In this document: positions 53,523 through 64,000 of the stretch, one piece after another
Layout: each line of letters begins with the position of its first letter
How positions within the stretch are numbered: the first letter of the stretch is position 1
Assembly: GCF_006345805.1 (NCBI RefSeq)
Contig: NC_043010.1
Location: forward strand, 11,036,001-11,100,000
Length of the DNA: 64,000 nucleotides
Direction of reading: 5' to 3'
Source of the DNA: Octopus sinensis
Lineage: Eukaryota
Notes under the pieces: model-generated
Told to the model about the DNA's origin: nothing
The model's database searches: none
The model's input: only the letters and a program-made list of their open reading frames with translations
Made by a program: the position numbers and the translations under genes

Positions 53523-53688
53523 GGCAAGCACCGTTCTTCGTTGAGGGACTTCCTCTACAGGCTAGAAATATATAGATTTTCACAGTAAACACAGTCACAG
53601 GCGTCGAAAATCTGTTCGATAACAATAGCGAAAATCTATATATTTCTAGCCTGTAGAGGAAGTCCCTCAACGAAGAACGGTGCTTGCC

Positions 53689-53729
53689 ATGCGCTGACGA
53701 GAGGCGACCACCTCGAAACCGGTCCGTGT
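53689..53729 (+). ncRNA. Type-I hammerhead ribozyme; predicted cleavage after C53724
   Basis: ATGCG-CTGACGA-GAGG(CGACCA)CCTC-GAAAC-CG-GTC-CGTGT; palindromic stem III ACCGGT. Confidence 0.92.
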
Positions 53730-54048
53730 GTAGCATCCGTATCTTCGGGGAGGCTGATCTCCCTTTGCAGGCTAGCAAGGACACCGTGATGGTGTCGGCT
53801 CTTCTGGTGACGTCTATAGTCGCCTGGGGCTAAATGCATCAGTAACACCCCCACCACCCCGCCCTGTCCCTAGCCACATTCAGATGGCTGATCCCGCTTA
53901 TATTACAGAGCAGTTACTGTTTATACCTCGCTTAGAGATTTATTATTGTTATCGAACAGATTTTCGACGCCTGTGACTGTGTTTACTGTGAAAATCTATA
54001 TATTTCTAGCCTGTAGAGGAAGTCCCTCAACGAAGAACGGTGCTTGCC

Positions 54049-54088
54049 ATGCGCTGACGAGAGGCGACCACCTCGAAACCGTCCGTGT
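54049..54088 (+). ncRNA. Type-I hammerhead ribozyme (1-nt deletion in loop III)
   Basis: CTGACGA-GAGG..CCTC-GAAAC-C-GTC-CGTGT. Confidence 0.82.
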
Positions 54089-54258
54089 GTAGCATCCGTA
54101 TCTCGGGGAGGCTGATCTCCCTTTGCAGGCTAGCAAGGACCCGTGATGGTGTCGGCTCTTCTGGTGACGTCTATAGTCGCCTGGGGCTAAATGCATCAGT
54201 AACACCCCCACCACCCCGCCCTGTCCCTAGCCACATTCAGATGGCTGATCTCGCTTAT

Positions 54259-54297
<39 letters not shown>

Positions 54298-54628
54298 TGA
54301 GGAGACCGCCTTCGGTCATGAATGACCATGGGATTGCACCTAGAAAGTTACCCTGCGAGGCACAAGTCTGGGCAAGGTTGTTTATGGAAGGCCAGCAGTT
54401 ACCCATGCATACCGGCCTCACCATTCCATGCCACCGATGTTATCCAAGGGAAAGGTAAAGAGGCTGATACAGCTTGGCACCTGTGACACCACAATTCATT
54501 TCTACAGCTGAGTTAACTGAAGCAACATGAAATAAATTATCTTGCTCAAGAACACAACACGCAGCCTGGTCCAGGATTCAAACTCAGAACCTCATGATCG
54601 TAAGCGCAACGCTCTAAACACTGAGCAC
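54298..54628 (-). mobile_element. SINE family D (tRNA head plus CORE domain)
   Basis: Reverse strand GTGCTCAGTGTTTAGAGCG..GAGTTTGAATCC..GTGTTCTTGAGCAAGA..ACTCAGCTGTAGAAATGA. Confidence 0.85.
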
Positions 54629-54804
54629 ATATATATATATATATATATATACATACATATATATATATACATATATATATATTTACATATATATATATAC
54701 ATATATATATACATATATATATACGTATATATATACATACATATATATATACATATATATATACATACATATATATATACATATATACACACATATATAC
54801 ACAC

Positions 54805-54845
<41 letters not shown>

Positions 54846-54874
54846 TATATACATATATACATATATATACATAC

Positions 54875-54909
<35 letters not shown>

Positions 54910-55039
54910 CATATATATACATATATATACATATACATATATACATATATACATATATACATATATATATACATATACATATATATACATATACATATAC
55001 ATATATATATATACATATGTCTGTGTGTATGTGTATAAA

Positions 55040-55398
55040 GCAAGGTCCAGAATCAGAGGGCCTTAGAGTTAACCAAGGAAAAACCAGTCTCAGTAAGTAG
55101 AAGAGCAGACAAATTACAAATCCCTTCAGATAGATGGCCTTGCTCAATCTGTAGAAAAGACATTGATAGAAACCCTATATGACGTACCCAGTGTAAGCTA
55201 TAGACACATAAGAGGTGCACCAATATCAGAGGAAGGTTAACAAGGAAAATAGCTTTTGTGTGTGGAAGATGCACAGGTGCGCAGTGAGGTAAGCTAGAGG
55301 TAGTAGATAGTTACCATTATCTAAGTGACCAAGTTAGTAGCAGAGGTGGATGCTCTGAAGGCGTAGCTCTGAGAATAAAAATAGGCCTTATAAGGAAA
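55040..55398 (+). pseudogene. RTE LINE internal fragment (end of RT, PHD-like Cys finger, downstream region)
   Basis: [70 protein letters not shown]; stops and frameshifts. Confidence 0.82.
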
Positions 55399-55403
55399 GT
55401 TGC

Positions 55404-55711
55404 TGAGACCCCCTTTGGTCATGACTGACCATGGGATTGCACCTAGAAAGTTACCCTCCCATGCATGGGTCGCCCATGCATACCGGCCTCCCCTCTCCAC
55501 ACCACCAGTGTTATCCAAAGGAAAGGCAAAGGGGCCGATACAGCTTGGCACCAGTGACGTTGCAACTCAATTTTTACAGCTGAGTGAACTGGAGCAACAT
55601 GAAATAAAGTGTCTTGCTCAAGAACACAACACTCAGCCTGATCCAGGATTCGAACTCACAACCTCACGATCGTAAGCTCGATGCTCTAACCACTGAGCCA
55701 TGTGCCTTCAC
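55404..55711 (-). mobile_element. SINE family D
   Basis: GTGAAGGCACATGGCTCAGTGGTTAGAGC..GAGTTCGAATCC..GTGTTCTTGAGCAAGACACTTTA on the reverse strand. Confidence 0.88.
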
Positions 55712-56205
55712 ATAGGGATAGTAATTCTTAATTAATTCTATGTCTTTTTTTATCCTTTAATTTGTTCATTTTTTTTTATATTTTTAATTGTTTCATTCAG
55801 AGATCTGTGGCCATGGTGGAGCACTACCGTCAAGAGTTTAGCAAAACATATTAACCTCTAGTACCTATTTTTTAAAATATGGGACTTATTCTATCAGCTT
55901 TTTTTTTGTCAAACTGCTCAGTTATGGTGGGGGGGGGCGTAAACAAACCAACACCAGTAATCAAGTGGTGTGGGAGACAAACACAAAGACACATACACGT
56001 AGGCACACACACACACACAAATTGTCTGCCTGCCAAATTCACTCAGAATGCGTTGGTCAGCGTTGTTGCCATACGCCCAAGGTGCCACGTACTGGAACTG
56101 AAACTCGGAGCCATGTGTTCGAGAACCACAGTTCCTACCCTACATCCGCATCTGCGCCTTTTATAATTCACATATTCAAATGGAAACAAATGCGTTTACA
56201 CACTC

Positions 56206-56618
56206 GGATCTTTTCCTTTTGAACGGCAGTTTTTTAAAAATAATTTCCACGTATCTAAACACTTTTAAACTTCGTATACTGGTAGAATGTGTTTATAAAA
56301 CATCTTTTTCTCTTGGCTTTATTGAGAAAATTCTATAGTTTGTAAGATATTTGTTTGTTTTTTTTCCTTCAATTTCTGCAATTTCAACCAATCAATGACG
56401 TCTATTGAGGTGAAAACATTCTGTGCCGTATGAATATGTCCCTCGTTTAAGAAACAGATTCGGTTTATTTACATTTCTGAAGAAAAAAATATACCCTTCC
56501 CCCACCCCTAACCCTAAAACAGATTGAAATGCAATAGATCGATACTAGGGTCATAATTATGGGTGACAATTTCATATGAGGCCACTAGAAAAGACTGCCG
56601 TTCAAACCGAAAAGATCC
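56206..56618. mobile_element. Non-autonomous DNA transposon, ~25-bp TIR, 8-bp TSD (Merlin/MULE/hAT-like)
   Basis: TIR GGATCTTTTC..TTTGAACGGCAG / CTGCCGTTCAAACCGAAAAGATCC; TSD ACACACTC at 56198-56205 and 56619-56626. Confidence 0.85.
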
Positions 56619-56896
56619 ACACACTCAAATGTTTCCCCAACACATTCATACTGCTTCGCACATAAACACAAATATTCTTACACATTACAAAACCATTATA
56701 ATACAAACATACACGACCATATACAAACACGTATGCCCTCTTACTCAAAAACCTTTTTAGGCATACGCGTACCTGCATACATTGATACTCACATGCACAT
56801 ATCTCACTCAGACAAGCACATTAAACACTCATAAACGTTTTTGGCTCACAACAACATACACTTTTCACACACGTTTCAAACGATGTATAACAATTT

Positions 56897-57610
56897 GGTA
56901 CTACTTCAGAACAGCGGTCCCGGTGCGTGCACTTGCGCAGTCGTGCACTTGCGCAGTCGCGCATCCGCGCTAGCTAGTCGTGACTAGTCGATCCTACACC
57001 GACTACCTAGCAAAATAAAAAAAAAACACAAAATAAATAATTTTTTTATAGGCGTAGGAGTGGCTGTGTGGTAAGTAGCTTGCTTACCAACCACATGGTT
57101 CCGGGTTCAGTCCCACTGCGTGGCATCTTGGGCAAGTGTCTTCTGCTATAGCCCCGTGGCCGACCAATGCCTTGTGAGTGGATTTGGTAGACAGAAACTG
57201 AAAGAAGCTTGTCGTATATATGTATATATATATATATATGTATTTGTGTGTATGTTTGTGTGTCTGTGTTTGTCTCCCTAGCATTGCTTGACAACCGATG
57301 CTGGTGTGTTTACGTCCCCGTCACTTAGCGGTTCGGCAAAAAGAGACCGATAGAATAAGTACTGGGCTTACAAAAGAATAAGTCCCGGGGTCGATTTGCT
57401 CGACTAAAGGCGGTGCTCCAGCATGGCTGCAGTCAAATGACTGAAACAAGTAAAAGAGTAAAAGAGAGTAAAGGTAAATAATTTTTGTTAAACAAAGTAA
57501 ATAAAACACAAAAACACAAAGTAAGGATCGACTAGTCACGACTAACTAGCGCGGATGCGCGACTACGTGACTGCGCGCACCGGGACCGCTGTTCTGAAGT
57601 AGTAAGTACC
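56897..57610. mobile_element. MULE-like MITE with ~90-bp GC-rich TIRs and 9-bp TSD, containing a SINE
   Basis: GGTACTACTTCAGAACAGCGGTCCCGGTGCG.. inverted at about 57523-57610; TSD TAACAATTT at 56888-56896 and 57611-57619. Confidence 0.88.
57051..57472 (+). mobile_element. SINE family A nested in the MITE
   Basis: Full-length copy; AAATAATTTTT on both sides. Confidence 0.92.
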
Positions 57611-58506
57611 TAACAATTTTTGTCATGTTTCTCTTCCGCAGTTGTACAAAATAAAACCTCATATCTCGGATGTTACCAGAGAAAATGATCACGAAATAAT
57701 TACTACAATCATGGATCAGATATAAAAACAATAAAATTTTAGTTGAATTTTTTTATAAAGTTTCATCGTTTCGCTTCTTTTCAATTTTTATTTTAAAATA
57801 TTATGTTTTCCCAAAACTGATTACTTCAGACTAAATCTCACGGCTTTAACACACGCACAGCAGTGAAGATAACAAGAGTTACCTCCCCGGTATTTTCTCG
57901 AATCAGAATCTACTTTCACTATGCAACGCACTTGCCTTGCTTTTATTGATTGGGGTTTTTTCTCTATGCAGCTAAATAGCAGTCGCCTGTTTGTGCAGCT
58001 AAGAACAGCATAAGGGAGTAACTGTTTCACTGGTTCCGGTCATTGCTCTGCAGCTGTGCAATGGTGTTGCCTTAAGTATGGTTTTTAGTTAGTCATATCG
58101 ACCCCGAATTCTTATTTATTTCAATCGATGACGTAAGATGAAATGCCAAGGAGATACTGAGTTGAAGGGAAACAACTCCGTCGAAATATTGCAAGATATC
58201 TGTTCGGAAGAACGGATTTCGATGGTGTGTAGGCGCTACACTCGTTTCCTTCCTTCTTTCCTTCCTTCCATCCATCCATCTATCCATCCATCCATCCATC
58301 CATCCATACATACATACATATTTGAGTAGTTGAATGAATTATCTTATTAAGGATAATTCGAATTAACCAATACCTGGGTAGCAAATTCACATCAGAAAAA
58401 ATACGGTTGACGTTACGTGCTTTCGTGTGGAAATTTGTAAGTTTATTTTGAAAATATAAATATATGAAAGAATGGAGCTAAACGACGAATTAACAAAATT
58501 CCTTTA

Positions 58507-58575
58507 TTTTCGACATATGTTTCGAAGGCTGCGAAGGAATAAGGAGTATATTATGCCGCTTTCTCATCAGGAAAA
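58507..58575 (-). ncRNA. Type-I hammerhead ribozyme (related to the 42.1-kb motif)
   Basis: TTTTC-CTGATGA-GAAAGCGGC...GCAGCCTTC-GAAAC-ATAT-GTC-GAAAA. Confidence 0.85.
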
Positions 58576-58775
58576 GCAAGGAACTTATGTCAACATCAGA
58601 ATGCACAAAAAACTTTTAGATGATAATACATACATACATACATACATACATACAAACAAAAAAACAAACAAATACAGATCTAAGTCTTCACTGGAATAAA
58701 AACACACGCACTATATATTTGGTGTTACTTTGCTTCAGCGTTATTTATTTTTTACATTAATCTTAATCTTATTTC

Positions 58776-58820
58776 GGCCAGAGTTCTTTCGTCACACTCC
58801 TGTGACCTCATCAGTGGTCC
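58776..58820 (-). ncRNA. Minimal type-I hammerhead ribozyme with CUC site
   Basis: CCA-CTGATGA-G-GTCAC(AGGAGT)GTGAC-GAAA-G(AA)C-TC-TGG. Confidence 0.72.
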
Positions 58821-59391
58821 TTTGCTTTCTTCTTTCTTATTTGTGTGTCTCTCCTTACTAACGGTCAGCCATTTTGTAGTTTGTATTTCTATTGTATGTG
58901 TCTTCATTTGCGCATGCATATACCTCTATGTGTGTCTATGTTTAGTTAGTGTGTGTGTGTGGGGAAGTGCCTGTAATATTTGTATCTCCTGTTTATATAC
59001 GTTCGTGTAACACCAAATATATAGTGCGTGTGTTTTTTTTATTGGCTAAACTGGCAAAATGACCATTCCTAAACACAACAATATCTGTTTCAACACACGA
59101 TTTCACATCAAAAATCTTGCAAAACAAATCTATTTTATTAGTTACAGTGAAAATAGATTAACTAGTAAAGAAAGCGTTGAAGCATTTGTGAGTGAAAGAG
59201 ACAGTTCTGGAGTAAATTAATGAAACTAAATGCATATAGGGTTGCAACATAGTTAAGTAATAAAGATGTTCCCTTCACACCTGTATAGTTCAAGGTTTGT
59301 TTGCATTGTGTGGCCTCTTGGACAATTGTCATCTACATTAGACTTGGATAAGAGCAAAACTTATCAGAGAAATTTCGTAGATGGTAACTTT

Positions 59392-59785
59392 CTCTCTTTT
59401 ACTTGTTTCAGTCATTTTGACTGCGGCCATGCTGGAGCACCGCCTTTAGTCGAGCAAATCGACCCCGGGACTTATTCTTTGTAAGCTCAGTACTTATTCT
59501 ATCGGTCTCTTTTGCCAAACCGCTAAGTGACGGGGACGTAAACACACCAGCATCGGTTGTCACGCAATGCTAGGGGGACAGACACACAAACACACACATA
59601 CATATATATATATACATATATACGACAGGCTTCTTTCAGTTTCCGTCTACCAAATCCACTCACAAGGCATTGGTCAGCCCAAGGCTATAGCAGAAGACAC
59701 TTGCCCAAGATGTCACGCAGTGGGACTGAACCCGGAACCATGTGGTTGGTTAGCAAGCTACTTACCACACAGCCACTCCTGCGCC
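59392..59785 (-). mobile_element. SINE family A
   Basis: Complete motifs on the reverse strand. Confidence 0.92.
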
Positions 59786-60418
59786 TATCTTTGTGGAAGC
59801 TTATCAAAAAGAAGCTATCTTGTTTCAAGATGAGTAATTTTAACATTCGTTTCAAATCTTGGACCAAGGCTAACAATTTTGGTGGAATGGGGTTTAAGTT
59901 GATAACATCAACCCCAGTGCTCAACTGATGCCTATTTTATTGACAACGAAAGGATAAAAGGCTAAGTCAACCTTGGTAGAATTTGAACTCAGAATGAAAA
60001 GACAGACGAAATGGTCATAAGTAGTTTGCCCAGCGTTCTAACGATACTGCCAGTTCACCACCTCCAGTAGTTTCAATACCGCCATGCCTAACACTCCTGC
60101 CAGGACCTTGTTTATCTGTAGCAAAATGCGTTCTGTTTTAAGAATTTGAACCAGACCTCTGTCCTGAGTATATCATGGCCCTCTAAAGAAAATTGGTCAT
60201 CGGTACCCCATCATCTCTTCTTCTACTACACAAATATCATTTTTCAATATCTAAAATTAAGTATAGTTAATATAATTGTGATGTCTTAAAACTAGTTCCT
60301 AGTTTATAGTTCGAACGCAGTCCAGTTATATTTACACAACTAAAAATGAAAGATCTGGTGGTCATTCTTTTAAAATTGGCGCACACAGCCATCCTTATTT
60401 ATTTATTTTATGTAGATA

Positions 60419-60826
60419 GGCACAGGAGTGGCTGTGTGGTAAGTAGCTTGCTTACCAACCACATGGTTCCGGGTTCAGTCCCACTGCGTGGCACCTTGGG
60501 CAAGTGTCTTCTGCTATAGCCTCGGGCCGACCAAAGCCTTGTCAGTGGATTTGGTAGACGGAAACTGAAAGAAGCTCGTCGTATATATGTATATGTATAT
60601 ATTTGTGTATGTGTGTGTATATGTTTGTGTGTCTGTGTGTCCCCCAACATCGCCTGACAACCGATGCTGGTGTGTTTACGTCCCCGTCACTTAGCAGTTC
60701 GGCAAAAGAGACCGATAGAATAAGTACTGGGCTTACACAGAATAAGTCCCAGGGTCGATTTGTTCGACTAAAGGTGGTGCTCCAGCATGGCCGCAATCAA
60801 ATGACTGAAACAAATAAAATAAAAAA
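60419..60826 (+). mobile_element. SINE family A
   Basis: Complete motifs on the forward strand. Confidence 0.92.
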
Positions 60827-61335
60827 AGATAGGTATTGTCAACTAAATTAATTCATTATTTGACTTGTACTACATTCCATCCACTCCAGAAGGATAAAAG
60901 GCAAAGTTGACCTCGGAAAGATACAAACTCATAATGTAAAATATCGCAAGTAAATACTACCAAGTATTTTGTCCGACAACTTTGTCCAGTATTTTAGTGA
61001 TTCTAAAATTTTGACATTTAATGTCAAACGTAGGCAAAGGGCCTTAAATTCTGCGTAGCCGAAAACAAATTAAATCGGCACTAATACTTAACTAGTACTT
61101 AATTATATCGACTCATAAATGACGAAAGGTAAAGTTGAACTCTGAACGTAAAACGCTGTAACAAAGTGACAAGTGTCAAATGACGGTCTGTCAAACGTTC
61201 CTCGTATTCCGTCAATCTATCGCGATTATCTCCCTTACATTTGTCTGCATCTGCTCTGCAGAGTCAATTCTTCCACCAACATAAATAATTGTTCTCATAA
61301 ACAACGTAATTTTTGTGTTCGTGAACACAAGAATG

Positions 61336-61587
61336 GGATCTTTTCGGTTTGAACGGCAGTTTTTGACATAATTTCTAGGTAACTAAAAAAATATAAACTT
61401 CGTATACTGGTAGAATGTGCTTATAAAACATCTTTTTCTTTAATCTTAATTGAAACAAGGGGGAAAGAACAGCGAAAACTCTGCTACAACAGCAGAAAAG
61501 AAGTGGTCTCGACGACCAAAACAGGAAATTTTCACAATTTTCAGCACGAAAACAATCTTTCACTGCGGAGCAAAGAATAACACGACC

Positions 61588-61634
<47 letters not shown>

Positions 61635-62693
61635 AGAACAAGAGAGGGAAGTGAGAGTGAGCTGGCGAGAGAGGAAGAGAGAACAAGAAAACGAAGAGAG
61701 AGAGAGAAGAGAGAGAGAGAGAGTCGGTGTTTTGAACGCGTGCGTGTACGTGTGTGTTAGGATAATAGACACACACGCATACGAAGTGAAGAGTTATCTC
61801 CACTTGGACCACATGCCGGGGTTTACCCCCCCCCCGCAGTAAACTATATTGATTATAGAATATACGCGAAGGCAGCAAGCTAGCAGAATCGTTAGCACAC
61901 CAGGCAAAGTGCTTAGCGACTTCCCGTCCGTCCTTATTCTATGAGTTCGAATCCCGCCAAGGTCGACTTAACCTTTCATTTTTTCAAGGTCAATAAAACA
62001 AATACCAGTTGAGTACTGGGTTGTGTAATCGACGGATCTTTTTGGTTTGAACGGCAGTTTTTTTTAATAATTTCCACACAACTAAACCGTTTTAAACTTC
62101 GTATACTGGTAGAATGTGTTTATAAAACATCTTTTTCTCTTGGCTTTATTGGAACAAGGGGGAAAGAACAGCAAAACTCTGCTGCAACAGCAGAAAAGAA
62201 GTGGTGTCGACGACCGAAACAGCAAATTTTCACAATTTTCAGCACGAAAACAATCTTTTATTGCGGAGCAAAGAATAACACGACCAATAAAAGAGAGAGA
62301 TGGGAGATGAGAACAAGAGAGGGAAGTGAGAGTGAGATGGCGAGAGAGGAAGAGAGAACAAGAAAGCGGAGAGAGAGAAGAGTCGGTGTTTTGAACGCGT
62401 GCGCGTACGTGTGTGTGTGTTAGGATAAAAGACACACACGCATACGAAGTAAAGAGTTATCTCCACTTGGACCACATGCCGGGGGTTTCCTTCCTCCCCA
62501 CCGTCTTCTTTCTTTTGTCTACGTAAACTATATTGATTATAGAATATACGCGGAGGCAGCTAGCTAGCAGAATCGTTAGCACACCAGGCAAAATGCTTAT
62601 GAGTTCAAATCCCGCCAAGGTCGACTTAGCCTTTCATTTTTTCAAGGTCAATAAAACAAATACCAGTTGAGTACTGGGGGTTATGTAATCGAC
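61336..62693 (+). repeat. Diverged ~700-bp tandem duplication, each unit starting at a transposon TIR and ending in a SINE B fragment
   Basis: Units 61336-62033 and 62034-62693 both begin GGATCTTTT(C/T)GGTTTGAACGGCAG and end GTAATCGAC. Confidence 0.85.
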
Positions 62694-63099
62694 TTACCCC
62701 CACCCCAGAGTTGCTGGCCCTGGGCCAAAATTTGAAACCAATATATGCATATGTGATGAAATGGAAAATCTAAATGGGAAACAGATTAAAAAATTATATC
62801 AAAACCTTAAGTTAGTCCTAGATAAAATTGGTTAATGTTCTTTTATTCTTTTACTGGTTTCAGTCATGTGACTGCGGCCATGCTGGAGCACCACCTAATG
62901 GCAGTAAAATTATCACACAATTGTCAAAACTATTGAAAGGAACTATGTCGATCATCCTTAAGAAATCTTCTTTGAAATATTATCAAACTGTAAGGCACCA
63001 TAACTTCACTATTCCTTTCTATATCACAACAATGTTATCATCTGATGTCAATGGAGAACCTTTCACAGTCAAGTATGTTGTCCACCTGTATGTGTGTAG

Positions 63100-63208
63100 A
63101 TACATATGTATGTATTTATACACATACACACACACACACACGCATGCATGTATGTATGTCGACAACTGTGGCTCATCAACACACACACATGCATGTATGT
63201 ATGTATGT

Positions 63209-63243
<35 letters not shown>

Positions 63244-63455
63244 TGTATGTATGCATCTATATACAAACACACATGCATATATGTAAGTATTTACACACGC
63301 ACACACACGTATGTATGTATATAGACACCTCTGGCTCATCAACACACGCACATGCATGTATGTGTTTACACACACACACACACATGCATGTATGTATGTA
63401 TGTATTTACACACACACACATGCATGCATGTATGTAGACACCTGTGGCTCATCAG
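63100..63455. repeat. Minisatellite with GACA(A/C)CT(G/C)TGGCTCATCA core x3 in (CA)/(TATG) spacers
   Basis: Cores near 63161, 63324 and 63437. Confidence 0.75.
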
Positions 63456-63776
63456 TTTTATTTGAGAGATGCCATTACATATCCATATGTGGCACAGCTC
63501 ATAATCAAGGCTGATAACTGATTCCTGCATGGAAGTTATATGTTCAAGTAGCTAGCGTTTGGCTCGTGTTCATAAGATTGTAGGTTCAATTCCAGGATGG
63601 GGTGGTGCATTGCATCCACAAGCAAGACACTTCCTATCATATTGCTCCAATACATTCAACTGAAATGAGTACTTGCTGGGTGCTGGTGCTACCCTCCCTC
63701 TTCAGCTGTTTCGCAAGGACAGGGGTTTGAGAAAGGAGAGCCAAATGAGTGATTACATCTGCCTGTGATTATACAT

Positions 63777-64000
63777 ATTTCTTTACTGCCCACAAGGGGC
63801 TAAACATAGAGGGGACAAACAAGGACAGACAAAGGGATTAAGTCGATTACATCGACCCCAGTGTGTAACTGGTACTTAATTTATCGACCCCGAAAGGATG
63901 AAAGGTAAAGTCAACCTCAGCGGAATTTGAACTCACAACGTAACGGCAGACGAAATACCTGCTAAGCATTTCGCCCGGCATGCTAACGTTTCTGCCAGCT
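63777..64000 (-). mobile_element. SINE family B (runs off the window end)
   Basis: ATTTCTTTACTGCCCACAAGGGGC...GTTTCTGCCAGCT. Confidence 0.9.

Larger units (their letters stand above)
53260..54260. mobile_element. Retrozyme-like element: 360-bp HHR unit, 1 inverted plus ~1.75 tandem copies, in (TA)n
   Basis: Direct repeat period of 360 (AAAATCTATA at 53631 and 53991); 53260-53627 is the reverse complement of a full permuted unit; three HHRs. Confidence 0.88.

Noticed and set aside
53260-54260. Viroid-like ambisense ribozyme pair
   Set aside because: The minus-strand HHR is simply the inverted copy of the same unit; I found no second ribozyme in the opposite polarity of the monomer
55620-55711. 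tRNA-like sequence with A and B boxes
   Set aside because: Continues directly into a CORE-like SINE body; a SINE head, not a tRNA gene (the same applies to 25214-25291 and the family A/B heads)
56504-56517. CCCTAACCCTAA telomere-like motif
   Set aside because: Only two units, internal to a DNA transposon

Overview
AT-rich, repeat-saturated, apparently non-coding eukaryotic DNA, almost certainly from an octopus (cephalopod) genome, judging by the tRNA-derived SINE families and the very dense (TA)n/(CA)n/(TATG)n/(GATA)n microsatellites. I recognise no host protein-coding exon; nearly all ORF-track entries are microsatellite or SINE artefacts. The real coding remnants are all retroelement-derived: an R4/Dong-type RLE endonuclease (6.3-6.8 kb), several RTE fragments and a Penelope-like GIY-YIG endonuclease (43.2-43.6 kb). 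Helitron-, piggyBac- and MULE/Merlin-like non-autonomous DNA elements are also present. The most striking signal is a set of about 15 type-I hammerhead ribozyme (HHR) motifs from several short families, most of them next to (TA)n. One is a young, GC-rich, highly structured 360-bp HHR-bearing unit at 53.26-54.26 kb, present as one inverted plus about 1.75 tandem, circularly permuted copies. This looks like a retrozyme (circular-RNA retroelement) inserted by twin-primed, rolling-circle-like reverse transcription. All motifs and coordinates were read by eye; repeat boundaries are approximate.
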